From Gemmatimonadales bacterium (GTDB taxonomy: Bacteria; Gemmatimonadota; Gemmatimonadetes; Gemmatimonadales; GWC2-71-9): DNA of 64,000 nucleotides. The DNA is taken from NCBI GenBank assembly GCA_044229445.1, contig JBGASX010000004.1, positions 18,165 through 82,164 of the forward strand, written 5' to 3'. Numbering within the stretch: position 1 is the stretch's first letter; every line of letters starts with the position of its first letter. Under the pieces are notes generated by a model. The model saw only the letters and a list, made by a program, of their open reading frames with translations, ran no database searches and was not told the DNA's origin. Below are positions 1-9,162 of this stretch, in pieces. Made by a program: the position numbers and the translations under genes.

Positions 1-970
1 GGGCAAGGTTCCCGATCCCAACCGCGTCGGCGTCATTCTCGGCAGCGGTATCGGGGGGATGCAGACGTACGAGGACAACTGCGCGGCGTACGTGCTCAAG
101 GGGCCGGACCGCGTGTCGCCGTTCTTCGTGCCGATGTTCATCGCCAACATGGCCCCTGGCCTGGTGTCGATGCGCTACGGGCTCAAGGGGCCGAACTACG
201 CCACGGTCTCGGCCTGCGCGTCGTCGGCGCATGCGATCGGCGAGTCGTACAACCTGATCCGTGCGGGGACCGCCGACGCGATGATCACCGGGGGCTCGGA
301 GGCCGCGATCACCGGACTCACCGTCGCGGCCTTCTCGAACATGAAGGCGATGTCCACCCGGAACGACAACCCGGCCGCGGCGAGCCGGCCCTTCGACAAG
401 GACCGGGACGGGTTCGTGCTCGGGGACGGCGGTGCCGTGATCGTGCTCGAAAGTCTCGAGCATGCCGAGCGGCGCGGCGCGACCATTCTCGCCGAAGTCA
501 TCGGTTACGGGCTGAGCGGGGATGCCTACCACATGTCGGCGCCGGCGCCCGAGGGTGAGGGGGCTCAGCGCGCCATGAAGATGTGCCTGGACGACGGAAA
601 GATCAGCCTCGACAGCGTCGGCTACATCAACGCGCACGGGACCTCCACGCCGCAGGGTGACGTCGCAGAGACCCAGGCCGTGAAGGCGGTGTTCGGGGAG
701 CACGCGCGCCGCCTCATTTTTGCGTCGACCAAGTCCATGACCGGCCATCTGCTCGGCGGGGCCGGCGCTCTCGAATTCGCGGTCTCGATGATGGTCGCCA
801 CGACGGGGAAGATCCCGCCGACCATCAACCACGACACGCCCGATCCGGAGTGCGATCTCGATTGCGCCCCGAACGTCATGGTCGAGCGCACGGTGGATGT
901 CGCGATCTCGAACTCGTTCGGGTTCGGGGGGCACAACGTCACTCTGGCCGTCCGCCGGTTCATTCCGTAG
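1..970 (+). CDS. fabF: Beta-ketoacyl-ACP synthase II (KAS II), 5'-truncated by window edge
   Basis: The frame is open from nt 2 (GKVPDPNRVGVILGSGIGGM...). It has the active-site context ATVSACASSAHAIG, the HMSAP and NAHGTSTP motifs, and a C-terminal SNSFGFGGHN typical of FabF. Confidence 0.9.
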   Translation, partial: GKVPDPNRVGVILGSGIGGMQTYEDNCAAYVLKGPDRVSPFFVPMFIANMAPGLVSMRYGLKGPNYATVSACASSAHAIGESYNLIRAGTADAMITGGSEAAITGLTVAAFSNMKAMSTRNDNPAAASRPFDKDRDGFVLGDGGAVIVLESLEHAERRGATILAEVIGYGLSGDAYHMSAPAPEGEGAQRAMKMCLDDGKISLDSVGYINAHGTSTPQGDVAETQAVKAVFGEHARRLIFASTKSMTGHLLGGAGALEFAVSMMVATTGKIPPTINHDTPDPECDLDCAPNVMVERTVDVAISNSFGFGGHNVTLAVRRFIP

Positions 971-993
971 TGCTCGGATAACACGCCGCTCGA

Positions 994-1025
994 GGGCCCG
1001 CGCCGGGCGCACCCCGGCCGGGCCC
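994..1025 (+). terminator. GC-rich hairpin after fabF (possible intrinsic terminator)
   Basis: GGGCCCG..CGGGCCC outer stem plus inner CCGGG/CCCGG stem, starting 24 nt after the fabF stop. It is followed only by TT, so the U-tract is weak. Confidence 0.35.
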
Positions 1026-1082
1026 TTCGTGCTGCCGCCGCTGCCGCGGCAGCCGTCCGCCTGACACCGGGAAGGGTCCCGC

Positions 1083-2204
1083 ATGCCCAGCTGGCACCGT
1101 CTGGGAGGACGCGAGGAGCTGCTGGCCCGCGTCCCCTTCGCGACCAAGCTCGACCGACACCAGATCGCCATTTTTCATCACGACGGTCGCTTCCGCGCCA
1201 TCGGCAATCGCTGCAATCACAAGGGCGGGCCGCTCTGTGAGGGGCAGGTACGCGGGGAGTTCGTGATGTGCCCGTGGCACGCCTGGGAGTACAGTCTCGT
1301 CACCGGCAAGGGCCCGCCCGGGTATGAGGGCGAATCCGTGCCGGTCTTCGCCATCGAGGAGCGGTCGGACGGCGTCTACCTCGATGCCGAGCCCGTCAGC
1401 CCGCGTCGCCTGGTGCGGCATGATCCGCATCCGCTCACCGTCCTGACGCCCCGGCCGGCCGGCGCGCCGCCCCGGGTGCTCGGGATCTCCACCACGGCGA
1501 TGGATGCGCTGAACCCACGGTTCTCGACGTCGGACCATCTGCTCGAGGTGGCGCTCGATCGCGCGCGCGGCGAGCTGGGGGCGGAGACCCGCCTGATCCG
1601 GCTCAACGACCTGCAGTTTCGCCCCTGCGAGGGGAACTATTCGAAGGCCGCGCACGCCTGCACCTGGCCGTGCGCGATCACGGAGCGCGACCCCGAGGAT
1701 CAGCTGACGCCGGTCTACGAGGGGCTGGTGCAGTGGGCCGATGTGCTCCTGCTCTCGACCCCGATTCGGTGGGGGCAGGCGTCAGGACTGTATCATCGGA
1801 TGGCGGAGCGACTGAACTGTATCCAGAACCAGATCACGATTCACAACCGCTGCCTCATCGGACGGAAGGTGGCGGCGTTCATCGTCACGGGCGGGCAGGA
1901 CAACGTCCAGGGGGTCGTCGGCGACCTGCTGACGTTCTGGGCCGAGCTGGGCTTCGTGTTTCCCCAGTTCCCGTTCATCGCGCATTCCCGGGGCTGGGAC
2001 GCGGAGGACATGGAGACGAACGTGCGGCTGGTGCGGGCGAGCGATGCGCTCGCTACGGCGGCGGGCGAGCTGGCGGAACGGGCGGTGGAGTTGTGGCGGA
2101 TGCTCGAGCAGCGACCGGAGGCGAGCGAACGTCCGATGGAGCTCAGCGGCCGGAAGGCCCATCGTCTCGGCGGCGTGCCAGAGGCGGGGCCGGCGGTGGA
2201 TTAG
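1083..2204 (+). CDS. Fusion protein: N-terminal Rieske [2Fe-2S] domain plus C-terminal flavodoxin-like / iron-sulfur-flavoprotein-like domain
   Basis: Rieske motifs CNHKGGPL and CPWHAWEY lie in the first ~100 aa. The C-terminal ~230 aa has a flavodoxin-like layout (VLGISTT..., LLLSTPIRWG, FIVTGGQDN) and a Cys cluster (CEGNYSKAAHACTWPC). Confidence 0.7.
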   Translation: MPSWHRLGGREELLARVPFATKLDRHQIAIFHHDGRFRAIGNRCNHKGGPLCEGQVRGEFVMCPWHAWEYSLVTGKGPPGYEGESVPVFAIEERSDGVYLDAEPVSPRRLVRHDPHPLTVLTPRPAGAPPRVLGISTTAMDALNPRFSTSDHLLEVALDRARGELGAETRLIRLNDLQFRPCEGNYSKAAHACTWPCAITERDPEDQLTPVYEGLVQWADVLLLSTPIRWGQASGLYHRMAERLNCIQNQITIHNRCLIGRKVAAFIVTGGQDNVQGVVGDLLTFWAELGFVFPQFPFIAHSRGWDAEDMETNVRLVRASDALATAAGELAERAVELWRMLEQRPEASERPMELSGRKAHRLGGVPEAGPAVD

Positions 2205-3280
2205 CGATTCGTACGCAGGGGAAGCTGCAGGTCGCCGACGCCTCCGAGGAGCAGTGTCAGCGGCTCGGCGAGCTGCTCCCCTTCGCGACGGGTGATCGTG
2301 GTCTGCCGCAGCAGTGCCGAGCGCAGCCCGTCGTAGGTGGCTCCCGCCTTGCGATCCTCGAAGTGGACGGCGATGGGAGTGATCGTCACCGAACCCTTCT
2401 GCTCGAGCAGCAGCGCGTACAGGCGATCGAGCGCCTCGATGATGGAATCGACCCTCGCCGCCTCGGCGGGAGTCTCCATGCGCGGGGTGCGGAGTCGCCA
2501 CTCCTGCAGGTCTGCGCGCGACCACTGGCCATGTGCCTGCAGGGAGCTGGCGGAGTCCCGGTAGATCGAATCAAGCCGATGCTGGCGGCTCCGGTACCCC
2601 TGCACGATGGAGTCGAACAGCGCCAGCGCCTCACGGCCCGCCTGAAGGCCTTCCTCGGAGCGAAGGCGGTCGGGACTCGTGAGCAGCGTAAGCCCGATAT
2701 CCCTGCTGCTATCGGCCAGTGTGCGGCGGGTGCTGTCGGTCGCACGGCTGAATCGGCCGGCAAGGTTGTACGGGGCGTTCCTGGCCGCAAGCATCGACTC
2801 TTCGGAGAGGATGGGAGCGAGGTGGCTCGGTGCGGTGCTCGGGTGTGGCGCCGAACTGGCGATCCGGACCGCTTCGTCCGCCCCGGGCGGTTCTGGGACG
2901 AGGACCAGCATGACCACCGCGATCAGGGCACAGCCCACCACGGTGCTCGCCGCGGGAATGACCCAGCGCGGCCGGCGACGCTCGGCGATCTCGCGAGCGC
3001 TCCGGGAGAACATCTGGTAGATCGGGACGGTGGGACCCCCGGCGGCCTCGATGAGCGCCGGCAGGGGGAGCGGGCCGGCGTCGGTCGTGGCTGCGAGGGT
3101 TGCGGCCCTCGCCCGGGCCCGATCGTATTCTGGATGGGACGTGATCGGGAGCCACTGCTGACTCGCCGAGTGGTAGATCTCCGCTTCGGGGGAGATGGCC
3201 CCACTCTGGATGCCGAGAGCCAGTTCCTCCACGGAACGAAAGACGGTTTCCTCGCCCGAGGCGAGCCGTATGCGGAACAT
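2201..3280 (-). CDS. Membrane protein with N-terminal GYF-like (DUF4339-type) domain; paralog of the next gene
   Basis: The N-terminus MFRIRLASGEETVFRSVEELALGIQSGAISPEAEIYHSASQQWLPITSHPEYD is followed by one hydrophobic helix (VIPAASTVVGCALIAVVMLVLV) and a ~220 aa C-terminal domain. The codon third position is strongly G/C. Confidence 0.65.
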   Translation of the reverse strand: MFRIRLASGEETVFRSVEELALGIQSGAISPEAEIYHSASQQWLPITSHPEYDRARARAATLAATTDAGPLPLPALIEAAGGPTVPIYQMFSRSAREIAERRRPRWVIPAASTVVGCALIAVVMLVLVPEPPGADEAVRIASSAPHPSTAPSHLAPILSEESMLAARNAPYNLAGRFSRATDSTRRTLADSSRDIGLTLLTSPDRLRSEEGLQAGREALALFDSIVQGYRSRQHRLDSIYRDSASSLQAHGQWSRADLQEWRLRTPRMETPAEAARVDSIIEALDRLYALLLEQKGSVTITPIAVHFEDRKAGATYDGLRSALLRQTTITRREGEQLAEPLTLLLGGVGDLQLPLRTNR

Positions 3281-3334
3281 GAGCGAAGAGTATAGCGGAG
3301 AAGCGGCGCAGGGGGGAGCGGCGAGCGGGGTCGT

Positions 3335-4639
3335 TTATCTGGCGGGCGGCGGCGTGGTCCCTCCAAGGGCCTGCAGCAGGCGCGGCAGGGTGACCCGGTT
3401 CGAGGCGCCACTGGAGTCCCGCCAGTCGGCGAGCGCTGCCAGGATCTCGGTTCGCAGCTGGGAGTAGGTCCGCGCCGTTCTCGGGTCCTGGAAGCGGACC
3501 GCGTCATTGGAGTAGGTGTAGCGCCCCTGCTGGCTCACCAGAATCCCGAAGAGGCTGTCCACATCGGCCAGCAGGGCCCGCGACGCCTCGGCGGTCTCGA
3601 ATGGCTCCCGGAGTGATCCACGGCCACCCGGGTCGTCGGGACGGTAGGTCTGCTCCAGCATCACTTCTCGGCCACGGTAGACTCGCAGGATGTTTCCTGC
3701 CGCCTGGACCATGCGACGCGTCGCCCGAAGACTCTCCGGCGCGGCGAAGCGGGACGGCGCGAAGACCCGCCGGAAACTGACGTAGTCGAATCCGTCGTCC
3801 ATCTCCGAGCGGGCGTCAGCATATGCCTCGTAGTAGCTGGGGAGCCGAACCCGCGTGGCCGTCAGCCTGGTGACTCGGGTCTCGTCATGGTCCGGCGCCG
3901 AGCTCGAGTCCAGCAACGCCGGCGAGTTCGCCAGAGGCTTCGATGGGGCGGGGAAGAGGTCGGGTATCGAGTCCAGGCGCCGGGTCGCCGCAGTCGCCAC
4001 CGGAGCGCCCGCCGACGGCCCCTGAGTACTGTCGGCAGATTTGACCTCGGGAACCGGCGCCATCCCTTCGGAGAGGATGGCCTTTCTTTCCCGATGACTG
4101 GCCAGCCACGTCGATGCCCTGGGCCACGCCAAATAGGCACCACCGCCAAGCAGGGCGATAGCCCCCAGCCCCATGGCCAGCGCCAGCATTACTCTGAGTC
4201 GTCCCGCCCGGGTCGGATCGCCCGGCAGCGGTCCGCGTGTCGAATGCCACACATCCTGCAAAGGCGGAGGCTCCAGCAGGGGTACCTCAACTGCCGGCGT
4301 GGCTTCCACCTCGAGGCTGGCCTGCGCGACCGGTGCGGGCGTTGGTTCGAAGGCGGGCTGCGCAGCTGGCGTGGGGACCTCAGTCCGGGATGGCTTCGGG
4401 GGCTCCGGGAGCTTCGGGCGGGGCCCACTGACGACGATGGCTGGGGTGTGAACCGCCGGCCGTTTCCCGGTGACAACCGCGCGGTAGTCCGGGTGGAGGT
4501 CGATGGGCAGCCATCGATCTCCCGACTTGTGGAAAACCTCGGCGTTCGCGCTGACCACCCCCGAGGTCACCGCCTGGGCGAGCTCCTCCGCCGTTCGGTA
4601 CACAGCCTCTTCCCCTGAGGCGAGCCTGATGCGGTACAT
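3335..4639 (-). CDS. Membrane protein with N-terminal GYF-like domain, Pro-rich linker, one TM helix; paralog of 2201..3280
   Basis: The N-terminus MYRIRLASGEEAVYRTAEELAQAVTSGVVSANAEVFHKSGDRWLPIDLHPDY is near-collinear with the neighbour. The TM helix is LRVMLALAMGLGAIALLGGGAYLAW, and the C-terminal region is alignable with the paralog (..DSLFGILVSQQG.. vs ..DRLYALLLEQKG..). Confidence 0.65.
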   Translation of the reverse strand: MYRIRLASGEEAVYRTAEELAQAVTSGVVSANAEVFHKSGDRWLPIDLHPDYRAVVTGKRPAVHTPAIVVSGPRPKLPEPPKPSRTEVPTPAAQPAFEPTPAPVAQASLEVEATPAVEVPLLEPPPLQDVWHSTRGPLPGDPTRAGRLRVMLALAMGLGAIALLGGGAYLAWPRASTWLASHRERKAILSEGMAPVPEVKSADSTQGPSAGAPVATAATRRLDSIPDLFPAPSKPLANSPALLDSSSAPDHDETRVTRLTATRVRLPSYYEAYADARSEMDDGFDYVSFRRVFAPSRFAAPESLRATRRMVQAAGNILRVYRGREVMLEQTYRPDDPGGRGSLREPFETAEASRALLADVDSLFGILVSQQGRYTYSNDAVRFQDPRTARTYSQLRTEILAALADWRDSSGASNRVTLPRLLQALGGTTPPPAR

Positions 4640-4819
4640 GCGACTCCGATGGAATGACCCGGGACTTCTCCTTCCACAACACTACAGTTTGCGTGCCCGG
4701 ACGGGTGAGCAGATTGCGCACAGCGCGGGTTTTATGCAGTTCTTGGCGGTGACCAAGAAAATGGTTTATATGCATACGTGGATACCATTGTCAATCAATC
4801 TTTTGCGATCCTGCCAGCA

Positions 4820-4836
4820 TTCAAGTCTTACTTGAA
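4820..4836. promoter_or_regulatory. Perfect 7-3-7 palindrome TTCAAGT-CTT-ACTTGAA in divergent promoter region
   Basis: Read directly from the sequence. It lies in the lower-GC 290-nt spacer between the GYF-like gene (minus) and the amidase (plus). This is operator-like symmetry; no binding protein is known. Confidence 0.3.
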
Positions 4837-4972
4837 GTCAACGGGGAAATTGGGCCCGAATTTCGACAGGAATCGAGCCGGGTCAAAAGCCGGTACCGCA
4901 AGTTGAACGAGAACCCTCGGATGGAGACGGTCCATGCACGGTGAGCCTGTGGGCGAAGGTCGGGAGAACGGG

Positions 4973-6637
4973 ATGACCAGGCGGGGTTTCCTTGCGGTAT
5001 CTGGTGCGGCCCTGCTTGCTGCCGATCGGTCAGGACTTTCTGGCGTTTCAGATTTGCGTAACTTATCAACATCAAAACAGGGTTCACGAGTATCCACAAT
5101 CGATCTGGTGGAGGTGGGGCTTGGAGATCTGAGGCTCGGCTTGGAGTCCGGCAGATGGACTTGCAGGGATCTTGTCACCGGGTATCTCGGCCGAATCGAA
5201 GAGCTGGATCGAACCGGCCCGACCCTCCGGCATATTCTCGACAGCAATCCCGACGCCCTGGCCATCGCCGAGTCGCTTGATCGGGAACGTGCTGCGGGCC
5301 GCGTCAGGGGACCGCTGCACGGGATTCCGATCGTGCTCAAGGACAATGTGGATACCGGCGACCGGATGACCACCACGGCTGGTTCGCTGGCGCTGGAGGG
5401 ATCCTGTGCGAAGCGGGATGCCTTTCTGGCGGAGCGGCTCCGCGCGGCCGGCGCCGTGCTCCTCGCCAAGACGAGCATGAGTGAGTGGGCGAATTTCCGG
5501 TCGACCAGATCGTCGAGCGGCTGGTGCAGCCGAGGGGGGCAGGGCAAGAACCCATACGTGTTGGACAGGACTCCCTGCGGTTCCAGCTCCGGTACCGGAG
5601 GGGCCGTTGCGGCCAGTCTGGCTGGCGCCGGAATCGGGACAGAAACCGATGGATCGATCACCTGCCCGGCTTCGATCATGGCCCTGGTTGGACTCAAACC
5701 AACGGTGGGGCTGGTGAGCCGGAGCGGGATCATCCCGATATCCGCCACCCAGGACACCGCAGGCCCGATCGCTCGATCGGTTGCGGATGCGGCCATCCTG
5801 CTGTCCGCCATTGCGGGGGCGGACCCGAGGGATCCGGCCACCCGGGCAGGCGCATCCCTGGAGGGAACGGACTACACCAGGTTTCTCGACCCTGATGGAC
5901 TCAAGGGGGCTCGCCTCGGCGTTACCCGAAAGGTCTTTACGGGATACCACGATGGTACCGATCGGCTGTTCGAGGAGGCGCTCACGGTCCTGCGCGCCCT
6001 CGGCGCTATCATCGTTGACCCGGCGGACCTGCCCCATGCCGCCGACGCCGGTGAGGCCGAGGGGGTGGTGCTGCACTACGAATTCAAGGCGGGATTGAAC
6101 GCCTACCTCGCGGGTCTTGGCGCTGATGCTCCGGTCAAATCCCTCGAAGAGGTGATCGCGTTCAATGAGCGAGAGCGGGAGCTGGTCATGCCCTTCTTCG
6201 GACAGGAGACCATGATCCGGGCCCAGGGGTGCGGCCCGCTCTCCGATCCGGCGTATCGCCGGGCGCTGGCGACCTGTCGGAGGCTCTGGCGGACGGAGGG
6301 CATCGACCAAGTCCTGACGAAGTTCCGGCTGGATGCGCTGATCGCTCCCACCGGGAATCCCGCGTGGCCCATCGATCTGATCAATGGTGATCACTTCACC
6401 GGATCAGTTACGACGCCGGCTGCGGTGGCCGGGTACCCCCATATCACTGTGCCTGGAGGATTCGTGAGCGGGCTACCCGTCGGCATCTCCTTCTTCGGCC
6501 GCGCATGGAGTGAGCCGGCGCTGATTCGAATGGCTTTCGCCTTCGAGCAGGCGACTCGGCACCGTCGCCCGCCCCAATACCTCCCGACGGCCGACACCGG
6601 GCCGGGGACTGAGGGCTCGTTGCGGAGCAGGCGCTGA
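4973..6637 (+). CDS. Amidase-signature family amidase with twin-arginine (Tat) signal peptide
   Basis: MTRRGFLAVSGAALLAA is a Tat-like leader. Amidase-signature elements are GIPIVLKDN and CGSSSGTGGAVA. GGGAGA precedes the ATG at 4973; the track ORF begins at 4934, an alternative start. Confidence 0.85.
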   Translation: MTRRGFLAVSGAALLAADRSGLSGVSDLRNLSTSKQGSRVSTIDLVEVGLGDLRLGLESGRWTCRDLVTGYLGRIEELDRTGPTLRHILDSNPDALAIAESLDRERAAGRVRGPLHGIPIVLKDNVDTGDRMTTTAGSLALEGSCAKRDAFLAERLRAAGAVLLAKTSMSEWANFRSTRSSSGWCSRGGQGKNPYVLDRTPCGSSSGTGGAVAASLAGAGIGTETDGSITCPASIMALVGLKPTVGLVSRSGIIPISATQDTAGPIARSVADAAILLSAIAGADPRDPATRAGASLEGTDYTRFLDPDGLKGARLGVTRKVFTGYHDGTDRLFEEALTVLRALGAIIVDPADLPHAADAGEAEGVVLHYEFKAGLNAYLAGLGADAPVKSLEEVIAFNERERELVMPFFGQETMIRAQGCGPLSDPAYRRALATCRRLWRTEGIDQVLTKFRLDALIAPTGNPAWPIDLINGDHFTGSVTTPAAVAGYPHITVPGGFVSGLPVGISFFGRAWSEPALIRMAFAFEQATRHRRPPQYLPTADTGPGTEGSLRSRR

Positions 6638-7759
6638 GTGCGCCGGGTTCTTGTCTGGGCGCTCGCCGCCGTCGTGGTGATCCCCCTTCCGCTCGAGGCG
6701 CAGGGGGATTCGGCTGCCGCCGTGGATACCGCAGGGGCGACCTACCGCAACCGGCTGCTGGCGCTTCCCTATGTGAGCTACAGTCCCCAGACCAGGCTGC
6801 AGTTCGGGATTGGGGGTGGGCTGCAGTTCAAGTGGCCGGGTGCGAAGGCGGACAGCGCGACCCGTCCCTCATACCTGGCGGGGAACGGGGCGGTGACCAC
6901 GAAGGGACAATGGGTCACCTCGCTGGCGGTCAGCCTCTATTTGCCGAAGAATCGCTGGTGGCTTGCGGGGGGTGTTGCCGCCGGGTTCTTCCCGGCGACC
7001 TACTACGGAATCGGCCCTCGGAGCAGGGTCGGGGATGGGATGCTGCTCGAGCAGCATTTCCTCGCAGCCGATACGCGGATTCTCAGGCGGCTCAAGGGCG
7101 AATTTTCCCTGGGAGTGCACTACCGCGGCGCATCGTATTCGCAGGTGGAGTGGGAGGTCCCGGCACTGATTCCGGCCGGACTCGCCGGCGGGAAAGGTGG
7201 AACGATCTCTGGCGCGGGGGCGATGGCGCAGTTCGATTCGAGGAACTCGACGACTACGCCGACGCGGGGACACTTCCTGCTGGTGGATGCCCTCAAGTTC
7301 TCGAGCTGGACGGGCAGCGACTTCACCTATGGCTCGCTTGCGGTGGACGCGCGTGTCTACCTGCCGGTTCGCTCCAGGGATGTCATCGCGCTAGCGCTCT
7401 ACGGGCAGTGGAATGGTGCGCGGGTGCCGCTTCAGGCGATGGCGATGCTGGGCGGCTATACCACGCAGGAACTGATGCGCGGCGTTTACTTCGGCAGGTT
7501 TCGGGACCGGAACCAGGTCGTTGCGCAGGCGGACTACCGCGGTCATCTCGCCGGGCGGTTGGGCTACGTCGTCTACGGCTCTGCAGGAAATGTGTACGGC
7601 TCCAAGGGAAGCCGGCTGTTCGATTCCGTGAAGTTCACCTACGGAGCCGGGCTCCGATTCAACATCAATCCGCGGGACCCGCTGAACATCCGGGCCGACT
7701 ACACGTTGACGAGCTTCGGAAATCGTGGGCTGAGCCTGGGTGCTGCGGAGGCGTTCTAG
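6638..7759 (+). CDS. Outer-membrane beta-barrel protein (Omp85/surface-antigen-like barrel, no POTRA region evident)
   Basis: Signal peptide MRRVLVWALAAVVVIPLPLEAQ, alternating amphipathic beta-strand pattern, and a C-terminal ...GLSLGAAEAF ending in aromatic F. The GTG start directly abuts the amidase stop. Confidence 0.6.
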   Translation: MRRVLVWALAAVVVIPLPLEAQGDSAAAVDTAGATYRNRLLALPYVSYSPQTRLQFGIGGGLQFKWPGAKADSATRPSYLAGNGAVTTKGQWVTSLAVSLYLPKNRWWLAGGVAAGFFPATYYGIGPRSRVGDGMLLEQHFLAADTRILRRLKGEFSLGVHYRGASYSQVEWEVPALIPAGLAGGKGGTISGAGAMAQFDSRNSTTTPTRGHFLLVDALKFSSWTGSDFTYGSLAVDARVYLPVRSRDVIALALYGQWNGARVPLQAMAMLGGYTTQELMRGVYFGRFRDRNQVVAQADYRGHLAGRLGYVVYGSAGNVYGSKGSRLFDSVKFTYGAGLRFNINPRDPLNIRADYTLTSFGNRGLSLGAAEAF

Positions 7760-7841
7760 GCCGAACTTGCCGGTGGAGGTGCCACCTCACAATATGGTGT
7801 CAGTCACGAGGACACTCCCGCGGGTGGATTGTGAGGCTCCA

Positions 7842-9083
7842 ATGCGCAAGATACTGGCTGGCGCGTTCCTGCTGATATTGGCCGTTGCCTGTTCCGACAG
7901 TACCTCGAGCGACCACCCCGCCGAGTACGGCGTGTCTCCGGCGGTGCAATGGAGCGGCGGGAGCGTCACTGCCCACTCGATCGCCTTTCATGGCGCGGCG
8001 GTGCCTGTCGTGTACGGCGGAGGCATCTCGCTCACGGTGACCCGGCTCGACGACACGACCGTCACGATCCGACTCCCGGTCGGGCCGAGTGGTAATCTGG
8101 TGCTGACCCGCGACGCCGCCGGTCATGATACGGTCGGGGTCGTTCAACTGATCGGCGTCAGCCATTCACGGAACGTTCCCGGAATGCTCGGCTATGAGCC
8201 GCTGGTGCCCGAGGGGGCGCCGTCGGTCGTGTTCGTTGCCGAAAGCGCCGGTTCGCCAAGCGGGTTGAGCTTTCTCGACCCCTCCACCGATCAGGTCACC
8301 TACGTTCGTGGCCTCGGTCCCTCGCTATCCTCCTTTGGTATCCAGCCCAGCTTCCAGCAGAACCGATTTGTGCTGCGGGATTCCGTCGGCAGTCTCGCAG
8401 TCTACCGGCTCTTTCCCAGTGTCGCGCAGATCGATACCTCGGCAGTGCACAATCCGGTGGCGCGTCACGTGGTGCAACTCGGGGACAGCGCCTGGCTCGC
8501 CACTTTCTCGAATATTCTCCAGAGCTCGAGTCCCACCGGTCAGTTCTTCTTCCAGGGCCTGACGAACGATCCGATCAGGCTGGTGTTCTCGGCGGACGGA
8601 ACCCGGCTCGCCATGTCGCTCGCCTCGTCCAACCTGCACGCCCCCGTAATGAACACCCAGACGGGGGACACCGCCTACACCATGCCCATTGGCCGCCCAT
8701 GGGGTGTCGCCTTTGATCCGCACGCGGATCGCCTCTACGTGAGTGCCTCCACGCTGCAGGGAGACTCGCTGATCGCGGTTCGCGGGAGCGACGGCCTCCG
8801 ACTGGGAGCGGTCGCCATTCCTGCGGGGTATTCGGGGTACATGCTCGCGGCGGATGGGAAGGCGGATCGGCTGTATCAGGTGGCGGAGTCCAGCGGGACC
8901 ATGGCCGTGCTCGTCTACGAAGGCACCAGTCTCGTCCAGGTCGGCCAGATGACCTGCAGCCCCGGGTGCGGCAATTCCTCCTCCTGGAGCGCGGGGATCG
9001 GGGTCGACACCGTGAACAACAAGCTTCACGTCGCGTTTCCCGGGAGTCCGATTCCGGTCATCACGTACGATCGTCTGCCGTGA
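7842..9083 (+). CDS. Lipoprotein, probable beta-propeller-like periplasmic/surface protein
   Basis: Lipobox MRKILAGAFLLILAVAC|SD at the ATG at 7842; the track ORF start at 7740 is rejected. Repeated strand-rich segments (..RLYVSAS.., ..RLYQVAES.., ..KLHVAF..) are present. Confidence 0.6.
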   Translation: MRKILAGAFLLILAVACSDSTSSDHPAEYGVSPAVQWSGGSVTAHSIAFHGAAVPVVYGGGISLTVTRLDDTTVTIRLPVGPSGNLVLTRDAAGHDTVGVVQLIGVSHSRNVPGMLGYEPLVPEGAPSVVFVAESAGSPSGLSFLDPSTDQVTYVRGLGPSLSSFGIQPSFQQNRFVLRDSVGSLAVYRLFPSVAQIDTSAVHNPVARHVVQLGDSAWLATFSNILQSSSPTGQFFFQGLTNDPIRLVFSADGTRLAMSLASSNLHAPVMNTQTGDTAYTMPIGRPWGVAFDPHADRLYVSASTLQGDSLIAVRGSDGLRLGAVAIPAGYSGYMLAADGKADRLYQVAESSGTMAVLVYEGTSLVQVGQMTCSPGCGNSSSWSAGIGVDTVNNKLHVAFPGSPIPVITYDRLP

Positions 9084-9162
9084 GCTCTCCACTGGCCTTG
9101 GAGGCGGGAGCATAGGTAGATTGTGGCGTTCGTAGTAAGTCGCTCGTGTCCAAGGACATACG

